Below, in pieces: positions 9,649 through 17,991 of a DNA stretch of 32,000 nt (the first letter of the stretch is position 1; each line of letters begins with the position of its first letter). The position numbers and the translations under genes are program-made. The notes beneath the pieces are model-generated. The model was not told where the DNA came from and did not search any database. It saw only the letters and a program-made list of their open reading frames with translations. The stretch comes from Candidatus Omnitrophota bacterium (GTDB lineage Bacteria; Omnitrophota; Gorgyraeia; Zapsychrales; JANLHA01), in the NCBI GenBank assembly GCA_963662715.1, contig OY759724.1, positions 120,001 to 152,000 on the forward strand, in the 5' to 3' direction.

Positions 9649-9891
9649 TCACTCACAATCAAAAGAAACCAGACGCAGTTCCCGGGCAGGACTCTTTTCG
9701 ACGACAATTTCCGCCCCGTCCAAGACCGTCCCTTTTCCTTGTTCGGCAAAAAAGAACCGCAGAATTTCTTCATTAATTTCGGTATACTCCCCCATCCTCA
9801 AAAAAACTTTATTCACTTTGGATGTTTTCTGCTGTGTCGCATGATCCAAAAGATCTTTAAATAAATCTTTTATCAAGTGCATTTCATGCAT
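9649..9891 (-). CDS. HypA-like nickel metallochaperone lacking the zinc-finger domain
   Basis: 80 aa. It has the N-terminal MHE nickel-binding motif (MHEMHLIKD...). The body aligns by eye to the HypA N-domain. The C-terminal strand RELRLVSFDCE resembles the HypA C-terminal strand. The roughly 35 aa CxxC...CxxC zinc module is absent in frame. Confidence 0.7.
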   Translation of the reverse strand: MHEMHLIKDLFKDLLDHATQQKTSKVNKVFLRMGEYTEINEEILRFFFAEQGKGTVLDGAEIVVEKSPARELRLVSFDCE

Positions 9892-9902
9892 ACGCCTCTC
9901 CC

Positions 9903-10391
9903 TTATGTTAAGTGACGATAATATTTTTTAATTTCCTGACACAGAAGGTCGGCTGATTTCTTCACCTCGGGGGAAAGATCTTCGCCCATCATCACCGACC
10001 GCACCTGAATCCCCAAAAAGACAATCTCTGCCTGTGTGCTCTCCTGAATAATTCTTGTAATGACGTTCAAAGGGATCGCATGGGTGGAAAGTGTTGTTTG
10101 CGGGATAGCCGTTTCCTCGATCACGCGTACTTCGCCCGGCCGGCCCTGAAAATCCGCGGCATCAATCACGACAATATAATCCGGGTTTAGAGCGATAACA
10201 TCGTCGATGATATTCTCCGGAGTAAACCCGGCATCAATCACGTGAAGTCCTTCGTGATTCTGCAGCATCCCCGCCAGGCAAGGCCCCACCCCGTCATCAC
10301 ACCGGAACGTATTCCCGGCCGTGATAATAAGATTGCGCCCTTCCCGCGGTTTTAACGCCGCAACAATATCATCGGTTAATAAATTTGACAT
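9903..10391 (-). CDS. [NiFe]-hydrogenase maturation endopeptidase (HycI/FrhD/HoxW family)
   Basis: Motifs GNTFRCDDGVGP, VVIDAADF and LSTHAIPL. I chose the ATG at 10389-10391, giving a 23 nt overlap with hydA. The track ORF extends further, to 10439. Confidence 0.85.
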   Translation of the reverse strand: MSNLLTDDIVAALKPREGRNLIITAGNTFRCDDGVGPCLAGMLQNHEGLHVIDAGFTPENIIDDVIALNPDYIVVIDAADFQGRPGEVRVIEETAIPQTTLSTHAIPLNVITRIIQESTQAEIVFLGIQVRSVMMGEDLSPEVKKSADLLCQEIKKYYRHLT

Positions 10392-11694
10392 CCAGGAAAT
10401 GAGCTGAACAGGAGATGCATGGGTCGTAAGCCCTGACAAGCATTTCTAACCGCAAAGTAATGTCATCGTCGCTTAAGTCGAGGATTTCCGGAACCATTTT
10501 CTTCATGTCCCATTCAATACTGTTAACGTTCTGGTTCGTCGGAATAATACAGTTGGCGTTGACGATCTTGCCTTTATCATCGACCTCATAATCATGGAAA
10601 AGAATCCCCCGCGGAACTTCCACGGCCCCTACGCCCCGGCCGGCTTTAACGGGGATCGTATTATTTTCATTCAATCCCACAACAACTTCCTCAGCGTGAT
10701 TGATACCTTTGTCTTTAAACGTCTTTAAAATACGGATCGCATCATATAGACAATGGACACACTCAATGAGCTGGGCTGCGGTATTAAGATACGGATTCGT
10801 TGTTACGGGCTTTAATCCGACGGCCTCAGCGACAGCTTTTGCCTTGGGATGCAGCTTGTCATAGTTCAGGTTAACGCGGGCCAAAGCCCCGACCATGTAG
10901 GATTCTTTATGCCACTTTGTGTGTTTGGCTGATGAATGAGAAACAACAAATTCATTTGTGACAGATCTATACTCTTCCTTTTTTACCCGCTGGCCTTCCG
11001 TAGAACCGACATCTCCGAGCAATAACGGGTACTCGCCATTATCATTCACTAACCCGACATATTCGGTCGGACGGTCAAAGTCCGGGAACTTTAGCGTCGC
11101 ACACAGAGCAACCGTTTCTTCCATGTCGGGGAGCATGCCTTCCAAAAGGTTCAACATCGCATCTAGATCCTTTTCGCGGGGGAGCTTGGTAAAGCCCCCG
11201 ACGATCGAGGAAATGGGATGAACATGCCTTCCGACCAGGATATCACAAACATCATTACAGGTCTTTTTCATACGAAGAGCCCGGCGGACGACTTCATTAT
11301 GCGAGTTAATCAGCGGAACAAAGCTTTTCACCCCCAGCAGATCAGGCGCGACCAGGAGATAAATATGCAACAGATGGCTGTCCAGCTCTTCCATATGCAG
11401 CAAAAACTTCCGCAATTCTGTTGTCTGTTCGGAAGGGGTGAAGCCGATCGCGTTCTCCGCGGCCTGAATCGAGGCCAATGTGTGCCCGCAGGAGCAGATA
11501 CCGCAGATACGGCAGGTAATATGCTGGGCTTCAAAAATGGACCTCCCCCGGATCATCCCTTCAAAGAATCGAGGGGATTCGACGATCTCTAAACGGCACG
11601 CTTCCAGTTTGCTATCCTTGACATTGACCACAATATTTCCATGACCTTCTACACGGGTCAAATATTCAACATTAACTTGAACATTTCTACTCAT
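10369..11694 (-). CDS. hydA: [NiFe]-hydrogenase large (alpha) subunit, group 3b-type
   Basis: 441 aa. N-terminal RVEGHG and RICGICSCGH ligand motif. C-terminal DPCISCSAH followed by a 9 aa tail (FLDVKFINR) that fits endopeptidase processing. The operon context hydB-G-D-A matches the Pyrococcus sulfhydrogenase layout. Confidence 0.93.
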   Translation of the reverse strand: MSRNVQVNVEYLTRVEGHGNIVVNVKDSKLEACRLEIVESPRFFEGMIRGRSIFEAQHITCRICGICSCGHTLASIQAAENAIGFTPSEQTTELRKFLLHMEELDSHLLHIYLLVAPDLLGVKSFVPLINSHNEVVRRALRMKKTCNDVCDILVGRHVHPISSIVGGFTKLPREKDLDAMLNLLEGMLPDMEETVALCATLKFPDFDRPTEYVGLVNDNGEYPLLLGDVGSTEGQRVKKEEYRSVTNEFVVSHSSAKHTKWHKESYMVGALARVNLNYDKLHPKAKAVAEAVGLKPVTTNPYLNTAAQLIECVHCLYDAIRILKTFKDKGINHAEEVVVGLNENNTIPVKAGRGVGAVEVPRGILFHDYEVDDKGKIVNANCIIPTNQNVNSIEWDMKKMVPEILDLSDDDITLRLEMLVRAYDPCISCSAHFLDVKFINR

Positions 11695-12442
11695 GAGTCT
11701 TTATCTCCTCTAAATCCCTGGCTTTATTGTACATATTAAATTTATTTTCAATCCAATCCATTTGGATCTTATACTTTTCCATAACGTCCTTCTGGCCTTT
11801 TTCCGCCGGATTCGAGACCATCCCCCGGCATCCGTAACAGATATTCCCGTTATTGATACACCAGGAATTGCACCCCGCTTTTGTGATCGGCCCCAAACAG
11901 GTCACGCCTTTCTCGTACATACACACATTTTCATTCAGCTTGCACTCTGTGCAGACCGGATCATCCGGAACGCGGTAGGGCATACCGGCCAAAGCGCATT
12001 TCAAAACTTTAACAAATTCCGGGAGGTAGACCGGACAGCCGTGAACAAAATAATCGACTTTAACAACCTGATGGACGGCGCGTGTCGGGATGCTGTCAAA
12101 ACATTCCGCCTTATCCCGGTAAACATACTGACGGATCTCATCAAGCGGGAAGTTATTCTTCATCCCGTTCACCCCGCCGGTGGTCGCACAGGAACCGTAG
12201 GCTATGAGGACTTTGGCCGTATTTCTTATTTTTTTGATTCGTTCAACAGCGTGAGAATCCGTAATGCTGCCTTCAACAATAGCAACGTCATAAGCATCCG
12301 ACTTTTCGCTCATGACCTCCCTGAACTCAACAACTTCAATTTTGTCTAAAACATCCAGCAGAGCCTCTCCCATGTTGGCCACCTGCAATTGGCAGCCTTC
12401 ACAGCAGGCGAAATCAAAAAAAGCAACTTTAACTTTATTCAT
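11687..12442 (-). CDS. hydD: [NiFe]-hydrogenase small (delta) subunit
   Basis: 251 aa. FDFACCEGCQ proximal cluster motif, GSCATTGG, HGCP, and a Cys-rich C-terminal FeS region. Confidence 0.9.
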   Translation of the reverse strand: MNKVKVAFFDFACCEGCQLQVANMGEALLDVLDKIEVVEFREVMSEKSDAYDVAIVEGSITDSHAVERIKKIRNTAKVLIAYGSCATTGGVNGMKNNFPLDEIRQYVYRDKAECFDSIPTRAVHQVVKVDYFVHGCPVYLPEFVKVLKCALAGMPYRVPDDPVCTECKLNENVCMYEKGVTCLGPITKAGCNSWCINNGNICYGCRGMVSNPAEKGQKDVMEKYKIQMDWIENKFNMYNKARDLEEIKTHE

Positions 12443-12444
12443 AA

Positions 12445-13284
12445 TTATAATGCCTCGTAGTTTTGTTTAATTTCTTCATATGTAAACACCGGACCTTCCT
12501 GGCAACAATACACGTCGCCGATCTGGCAGTGCCCGCATTTCCCCACCCCACACTTCATATGGCGTTCCAAAGAAAGGACAATCTGATTATCCGGGAATTT
12601 CTTCTTCAGAAGCTCCTGAATGACGAACTTATACATGATGGGCGGCCCAACGATGACCGCATAAGTCTTCTTGGGATCACAATCCACCCCCGGGATCAAC
12701 TTGGTAATGAGCCCGACATTCCCTTTCCAAGTTTCGTCCGCCTGATCAACCGTCTTACTAATGACAACATCCGGCTTTTTTTCCCATTGCTCTAACTCAT
12801 CGACAAAAAGCATCGTCTGCGGGGTCTTGCATCCCAGCAAAATATTGACGGCTCCGAAATCTTCACGGTTATCCAGGACATAAGCAATCAAAGAATGCAG
12901 CGGGATGTTCCCGCAACCTCCTCCGATAAATAGCAGGTCTTTTCCCTTCAGGGTTTTAACGGGAAAACCTCTGCCAAATGGACCGCGAATCCCCACCGAA
13001 GCTCCGGCACTCAAGGCATGAAGGGCCGCGGTGAGCGTTCCGGCCTTACGAACGACCAGCTCAAAAGATCCCTTCTTCGTTGGCGAAGAAGAAATGGAAA
13101 TCGGGGCTTCTCCGACACCAGGGACAGAGATCATGACAAACTGTCCGGGATCATAGGTAAAATCATCAACACCGGCGAGCTGGATATCAAAATATGTTTC
13201 CAGATCGGTCATTTTCTTTTTGGTAACGATCGTCCCAGACATGACTTCATAAGGAGATTTTTCTAATAGCATTTGTTCTTTCAT
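12445..13284 (-). CDS. hydG: Hydrogenase gamma subunit: FAD/NAD(P)-binding oxidoreductase with C-terminal 2Fe-2S (AsrB-like)
   Basis: 279 aa. Ferredoxin-reductase-type fold motifs (PISISS, LLFIGGGCGNIP). C-terminal CGVGKCGHCQ...CC. ATGA coupling with hydB at 13281-13284. Confidence 0.88.
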   Translation of the reverse strand: MKEQMLLEKSPYEVMSGTIVTKKKMTDLETYFDIQLAGVDDFTYDPGQFVMISVPGVGEAPISISSSPTKKGSFELVVRKAGTLTAALHALSAGASVGIRGPFGRGFPVKTLKGKDLLFIGGGCGNIPLHSLIAYVLDNREDFGAVNILLGCKTPQTMLFVDELEQWEKKPDVVISKTVDQADETWKGNVGLITKLIPGVDCDPKKTYAVIVGPPIMYKFVIQELLKKKFPDNQIVLSLERHMKCGVGKCGHCQIGDVYCCQEGPVFTYEEIKQNYEAL

Positions 13285-14315
13285 TTCACATCCTTAGCCA
13301 AAGCATTAATGGTTTCTTTTAAATTTATATCAGCCATACACGTCCGGCTGCAGCGTCCGCATCCTGTACAGGCATAGGTATCCATCCGGTCAACAGGAAA
13401 ACGGAATTTTCTGTAATAACGATGCCGTTGCCGCTGGGAACGTTCCTCCCGGAAATTTTCTCCCCCGGCGACCTTGGCAAAATTTTCACTCTGGCACCCA
13501 TCCCACCTTCGGGAGCGCACCCCGGCGTTCAAATCCAGATTCAACTCGTCACGGATATCAAAGCAATAACAGGTTGGACAGACATTCGTGCAATTCCCGC
13601 ACGACAAACAGCGGCTGTTCAAATCCTCCCAGACAGGACTTTCATCGGCTTTCTGAAAAATTTCCTTCAGCTGCTTTCTCGGAACGTTGACTTCATCTTT
13701 AAAAATCTTTTCTTTCTTCGTCCTCAAAGCTGCCAGCGCTTCCTGGTCTTTCGCCGTGGCCTCTTGGAACAGTCCCGTTTTTTGAATGAGTGTTTGACCT
13801 TTATCCGTTTTAACATGCACCATAAAAATATCGTCCAAGTCCGTAAAAAACAAATCATATCCCTCTCCCGGGATATGATTATTCATAACCGCACAGCTTG
13901 CATATTCATCGCAATAATCATTGCACTCAAGCCCTATTAAAGTGATTTTGTTCTTCCTCGCCAAATAGTTGACATCCTGGGGATCATTCAACATCGCTTT
14001 GTTTAAAAACTGGATACCAGCCAAATCACAGGTATGAACTCCGAAGATAATCAATTCCTGACTGTCAACCACAGGAGTCCATTTCTTTTCGCTCTTATTG
14101 AATTCCTGGATAATTTCGTTCTGCGGCATAAAAAACTTTTTGGGAGGCAAGATGGTTGGGATGTACTTCAGGGACACCTCTCCGGCGCTGCGGACTTCGG
14201 CAAAGGCATAATTATTAAATCCTTTACTGACCGGCGCCACGACAGTGGATGCTTCTGCTGATTTTTTAATAAATTCTTCAAAATGCGTTTTCTGTAATAC
14301 GACATATTTATCCAT
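13281..14315 (-). CDS. hydB: Hydrogenase beta subunit: 4Fe-4S dicluster protein (AsrA-like)
   Basis: 344 aa. CLSCGNCTNVCPTCYC and CTGCGRCSRTC ferredoxin-type motifs. AAGAGG RBS upstream of the ATG at 14313-14315. Confidence 0.88.
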   Translation of the reverse strand: MDKYVVLQKTHFEEFIKKSAEASTVVAPVSKGFNNYAFAEVRSAGEVSLKYIPTILPPKKFFMPQNEIIQEFNKSEKKWTPVVDSQELIIFGVHTCDLAGIQFLNKAMLNDPQDVNYLARKNKITLIGLECNDYCDEYASCAVMNNHIPGEGYDLFFTDLDDIFMVHVKTDKGQTLIQKTGLFQEATAKDQEALAALRTKKEKIFKDEVNVPRKQLKEIFQKADESPVWEDLNSRCLSCGNCTNVCPTCYCFDIRDELNLDLNAGVRSRRWDGCQSENFAKVAGGENFREERSQRQRHRYYRKFRFPVDRMDTYACTGCGRCSRTCMADINLKETINALAKDVK

Positions 14316-14342
14316 TTTCCGGCCTCTTTTAATTTGATTAAA

Positions 14343-14365
14343 GATAATATTAGTACAATATTATC
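14343..14365. promoter_or_regulatory. Perfect 9-5-9 palindrome GATAATATT-AGTAC-AATATTATC overlapping the hydB -10
   Basis: Read directly from the sequence. The outer hexamers GATAAT/ATTATC are the Fur-box hexamer, but 11 nt apart instead of 7. It overlaps the predicted -10 hexamer (14363-14358) and the start-site region. Confidence 0.55.
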
Positions 14366-14385
14366 ACAAGTAATTTATCCGTCAA
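14358..14385 (-). promoter_or_regulatory. Candidate sigma70-type promoter of the hydBGDA operon
   Basis: Minus strand: TTGACG (14385-14380), 16 nt spacer, TGa-TAATAT extended -10 (hexamer 14363-14358). Confidence 0.6.
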
Positions 14386-14470
14386 CTAAATTGTCACGCC
14401 ATAAAAAAGCTATAAAGTCGATAAAATTCTCCCAAATGCCTTAAAAATTGCACCCCCCCGAAATAAGCCG

Positions 14471-15148
14471 TTAAGACGGCCGTTTCTCCCATTTGTTCTT
14501 CAGGGCCTGGTATTCATCTGCAGAATAATGCCGCTGGTCCAGGACCGAAGAGTCGATAAGATTGCTGCGCCCGACAAAATCCTGCAAAACGTAACGCTTG
14601 GCTTGCGTTAAAAACGGCCGCATCTCCTCCAAGTCCTCCCCATTGATAAACGGACGCACCATGGTGGAGCGGAACTCATAATCAATCGGAGCCCGGAGTA
14701 AAATTTTGATACTTTCAACGATACTGTCCGTATTGACCTTCACGCCGCAGGCAGCCGAATATCTCCGCAAAGACGTCTTGATGTCCAGGGCCACATAATC
14801 CACGAGTTCCTGCTGGATAAGACTTTTAAGGACATCCGGCCGGCTGCCATTGGTGTCCGCTTTCACCAGGAACCCCATGGTCTTCACCCTTTTCAGGAAA
14901 GGAAGAAGATCCGGCTGAATCATGGGCTCTCCCCCGGTGACAGCGACCCCCTGCAGGAGGCCCTTCCTCTGGTCAAGAAAACGAAGGATATCCTCTTCGG
15001 ATATGGGATTTTGAAATTGGGCAGGCAAGACCAGATCAGCGTTATGGCAAAAAGGACAGCGAAAATTACAGCCTTGTGTAAAGACAACTGCGGCAACCTT
15101 ACCCGGATAATCCACTAAAGAACTCTTTAAGAATCCTCCGACTTGCAT
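14471..15148 (-). CDS. nrdG: Anaerobic ribonucleoside-triphosphate reductase activating protein (radical SAM)
   Basis: 225 aa. CNFRCPFCHN radical-SAM cluster motif and a GGEP SAM-binding motif. Overlaps the nrdD 3' end by 22 nt. Confidence 0.92.
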   Translation of the reverse strand: MQVGGFLKSSLVDYPGKVAAVVFTQGCNFRCPFCHNADLVLPAQFQNPISEEDILRFLDQRKGLLQGVAVTGGEPMIQPDLLPFLKRVKTMGFLVKADTNGSRPDVLKSLIQQELVDYVALDIKTSLRRYSAACGVKVNTDSIVESIKILLRAPIDYEFRSTMVRPFINGEDLEEMRPFLTQAKRYVLQDFVGRSNLIDSSVLDQRHYSADEYQALKNKWEKRPS

Positions 15149-17247
15149 ATCTGATAAGTCTTTCTATTGAGGAACTCCTCCTTCTTGCCTTTATTCCACT
15201 GCTGAACCGGACGGAGATAACCGACAACCCTCGAATAAATCTCGCATTCATCTTCGCACTTCAAACAGTACTTATGCTCTCCGGCAATATACCCGCAGTT
15301 CGGACACACACTAAACGTCGGAGTGATCGTGAAATACGGAAGCCGGTAATTGGCACAAACGGTTTTAACCAATTGTTTAAGTGCCTCAACGTCGGAAATC
15401 CGTTCTCCCACAAAAATATGCAGAACCGTCCCTCCGGTGTATTTGGCCTGCAGATCATCCTGCCGTTCCAAGACCTCAAAAATATCATCGGAATAATTGA
15501 CCGGCAAATGCGTGGAATTGGTATAGAAAGGTTCTTTTCCGCTCTGACAGGAACATTGGTTCGCACAAAAGATATCCGGAAATTGTTCTTTATCCACCTT
15601 CGCCATGCGGTAAGACACCCCTTCTGCCGGAGTGGCTTCCAGGTTATAATTGTTCCCCGTTTCCTCCTGGAACTGGACCAGCTTTTCTCTCATGAAATCA
15701 AGAACCCTCAAGGCAAAAGCCCGCCCTTCTTCGGACGCAATATTCAGCCCTAACAAATTCTGGCACGCTTCATTCATGCCGATCAGCCCGATCGTGGAAA
15801 AATGATTTTTCCAATATTGATTGAAACGCTGTTTCACGGCACGCAGATAATAGCGTGAATAAGGATACAGGCCAGAATCGGTGAAGTCTTCCAGGACCTT
15901 TCTTTTGACCTCTAAACTCTCTTTGGCCAAAGACATCAAATGCTCAAGACGGGCGCAGAAATCATCTTCATCCTTGGAAACATGACCCAATTGGGGCAGG
16001 TTAATCGTCACAACGCCGATGGAGCCGGTTAAAGGCGAGGCTCCGAAAAGACCGCCGCCTCTCTTGCGCAGCTCCCGGTTGTCGAGCCGCAGGCGGCAAC
16101 ACATACTTCGGGCGTCTTCAGGGTTCATATCCGAATTCACAAAATTGGCAAAATACGGGATCCCGTATTTTGCGGTCATCTGCCAGAGAAGATAAAGGTT
16201 AGGATTATCCCAGTCGAAATCTTTCGAGATATTATACGTAGGAATCGGGAAGGTGAACACACGGCCCTTAGCATCCCCTTCCAGCATGACATCAAGAAAA
16301 GCCTTGTTAATAATATCCATTTCTTGCTGAAAATCTTTATATGTTTCCTGCTGAGGCTGCCCGCCGAGGATCACGGGTTCATCAGCAAAATGAGACGGGA
16401 CATGCAGATCAAAAGTCAAGTTTGTGAATGGGGTTTGGAATCCGACGCGGGTCGGGACATTTACGTTAAAAATAAATTCCTGCAAGGACTGCTTCACTTC
16501 GTCATAGCTTAATCCGTCGTAACGGATAAACGGGGCCAACAGAGTATCGAAATTCGAAAAAGCCTGGGCCCCGGCAGCTTCCCCCTGCAGGGTATAGAAA
16601 AAGTTGACGATCTGTCCTAAAGCGCTGCCGAAATGCTTGGCCGGAGCTGACTCCATTTTGCCCGAGGCGCCGCGGAAGCCGTTCTTCAACAGATCCTGCA
16701 GATCCCATCCGACGCAGTACACGCTGAGGAGTCCCAAATCATGGATATGGAAAAGGGCGTTACGGTGGGCTTCCTTAATCTGCGGTGTATAAATTTTGTT
16801 TAACCAGTATATTTTTGTAACTTCGGTCGATATATAGTTATTCAAGCCTTGCAGCGAATAAGCCATATTGCTGTTTTCATTGACTTTCCAATCCAAACGC
16901 TCCAAGTACTGATCGACCAATCCCACATGACTCTTAGAGGTGATTTCCCGGATCTTAGCATGTTGATCACGGTAGATAATGTAGGCTTTAGCAGATTTCT
17001 TATAAGGAGACGTCAGCAAAACATCCTCAACGATATCCTGAATCTCCTCCACACTCGGGTAATGCTCCGCGAACATCTGATGAGCGATGTTCACGGCACG
17101 AATAGTCAGGTTTCTCGCTACCGGTTCGTCGAACTCCCCCGTCGCCTGGCCGGCTTTAAGAATGGCTGTCGTAATCTTGTGGGGGACAAAGTCTTCAACC
17201 TTACCGTTGCGTTTAAGAATGCTGACAATAGTGCCCGTAGCCTGCAT
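15127..17247 (-). CDS. nrdD: Anaerobic (class III) ribonucleoside-triphosphate reductase
   Basis: 706 aa. N-terminal ATP-cone. C-terminal zinc ribbon (CPNCGY...CLKC) followed by the glycyl-radical motif RVVGYL. AGGAGG RBS. Confidence 0.95.
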   Translation of the reverse strand: MQATGTIVSILKRNGKVEDFVPHKITTAILKAGQATGEFDEPVARNLTIRAVNIAHQMFAEHYPSVEEIQDIVEDVLLTSPYKKSAKAYIIYRDQHAKIREITSKSHVGLVDQYLERLDWKVNENSNMAYSLQGLNNYISTEVTKIYWLNKIYTPQIKEAHRNALFHIHDLGLLSVYCVGWDLQDLLKNGFRGASGKMESAPAKHFGSALGQIVNFFYTLQGEAAGAQAFSNFDTLLAPFIRYDGLSYDEVKQSLQEFIFNVNVPTRVGFQTPFTNLTFDLHVPSHFADEPVILGGQPQQETYKDFQQEMDIINKAFLDVMLEGDAKGRVFTFPIPTYNISKDFDWDNPNLYLLWQMTAKYGIPYFANFVNSDMNPEDARSMCCRLRLDNRELRKRGGGLFGASPLTGSIGVVTINLPQLGHVSKDEDDFCARLEHLMSLAKESLEVKRKVLEDFTDSGLYPYSRYYLRAVKQRFNQYWKNHFSTIGLIGMNEACQNLLGLNIASEEGRAFALRVLDFMREKLVQFQEETGNNYNLEATPAEGVSYRMAKVDKEQFPDIFCANQCSCQSGKEPFYTNSTHLPVNYSDDIFEVLERQDDLQAKYTGGTVLHIFVGERISDVEALKQLVKTVCANYRLPYFTITPTFSVCPNCGYIAGEHKYCLKCEDECEIYSRVVGYLRPVQQWNKGKKEEFLNRKTYQICKSEDS

Positions 17248-17323
17248 TAAACACCTCCTTTTCTAATATAATTTTTGGGTCATCACCGGTTAATTTAAAG
17301 TTATCTGTTTTTAAATTAAAAAC

Positions 17324-17352
17324 ATTATCCCACACAACATATTGTGTGTCAA
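17324..17352 (-). promoter_or_regulatory. nrdDG promoter (near-consensus sigma70)
   Basis: Minus strand: TTGACA (17352-17347), 17 nt spacer, TGg-GATAAT (hexamer 17329-17324). About 77 nt upstream of the ATG. Confidence 0.75.
17332..17347. promoter_or_regulatory. NrdR box 1 (ACACAACATATTGTGT)
   Basis: Matches 15 of 16 positions of the published NrdR-box consensus acaCwAtATaTwGtgt. It fills the -35/-10 spacer of the nrdD promoter. Confidence 0.8.
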
Positions 17353-17362
17353 CAACTAATTA

Positions 17363-17378
17363 TGCTTATATATTGTGC
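17363..17378. promoter_or_regulatory. NrdR box 2, degenerate (TGCTTATATATTGTGC)
   Basis: The right half matches the box 1 right half at 7 of 8 positions and the left half is weak. The centre is 31 bp from the box 1 centre, which is the usual tandem NrdR-box phasing. Confidence 0.55.
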
Positions 17379-17435
17379 TTTTTAGGTTTTTCTGGCGCCA
17401 AACCTGCGTGCCCCCCAGAAGGGAAATAAAATCAA

Positions 17436-17690
17436 TTAATTTTGAAGGAAAGATAAAAAATTTCTACTGAACCCATGCACTGTTTGTCGAAATGTCTGCG
17501 GCTGGTTGATAATTTGAAATGATTTATAGATCATATTAAAAATAAAAACTGGTAGGATATGGCCACCAAAAATATTCATTCGTAACCCCTCAAAGCTGTG
17601 CGTCATGCAAGTATGATACAATCTTATAGAAAAATGACCAAAAGTCAATGCCAAAAGAAAATATTTTTTCACCGACGAGAATTGTGGCAT
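17436..17690 (-). CDS. Doubtful small hydrophobic ORF (84 aa from the ATG at 17690)
   Basis: It is the only sizeable minus-strand ORF in an AT-rich stretch. I recognise no motif and see no clear RBS. It may be non-coding. Confidence 0.2.
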   Translation of the reverse strand: MPQFSSVKKYFLLALTFGHFSIRLYHTCMTHSFEGLRMNIFGGHILPVFIFNMIYKSFQIINQPQTFRQTVHGFSRNFLSFLQN

Positions 17691-17796
17691 TATTCTCAGT
17701 TTTACTGTTTTTCCCGCTCCGGCATTTTCCAATCCCATTTTCTCCCGACGATAAGACAGGAACGGACTCTCCGATGATTTTTTCTGACGCAAAACC

Positions 17797-17979
17797 TTAC
17801 GACAAACCCATCTTTTTCAGAACCGTCATCATCAAACACCAGTTTGTAAAAGCGGACTGCAATAAATTCAACCCGACAAAAGCCGTCAGCCAAAGCCACG
17901 CCGGATGAATAAAACAGCCTAACGCCAGGCTAAAAAGAATAACGGCTCCGGCGATACCTCGCAATGTTCTTTCCAGCAT
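17797..17979 (-). CDS. DUF2892 / YgaP-C-terminal-like two-TM mini protein
   Basis: 60 aa. ERxxR-G N-terminus, two hydrophobic helices and a conserved-looking Cys near the end (FTNWCLMMTVLKKMG). Starts 13 nt after the upstream beta-barrel gene. Confidence 0.6.
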   Translation of the reverse strand: MLERTLRGIAGAVILFSLALGCFIHPAWLWLTAFVGLNLLQSAFTNWCLMMTVLKKMGLS

Positions 17980-17991
17980 GATCTCCTCCTA

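Noticed and set aside
9424-9773. Minus-strand ORFs 9424-9621 (65 aa) and 9516-9773 (85 aa)
   Set aside because: They have no RBS and no recognisable domain. The second overlaps the hypA-like 3' end in another frame. I translated the minus frames looking for HypB motifs (GSGKT P-loop, ENVGNLVCP) and found none, so I could not support a hypB remnant.
17290-17319. Inverted repeat TTAATTTAAA-N10-TTTAAATTAA in the nrdD leader
   Set aside because: The arms are perfect but made only of A/T, in an AT-rich leader. The RNA hairpin would be very weak, and such symmetry is expected by chance in this composition.
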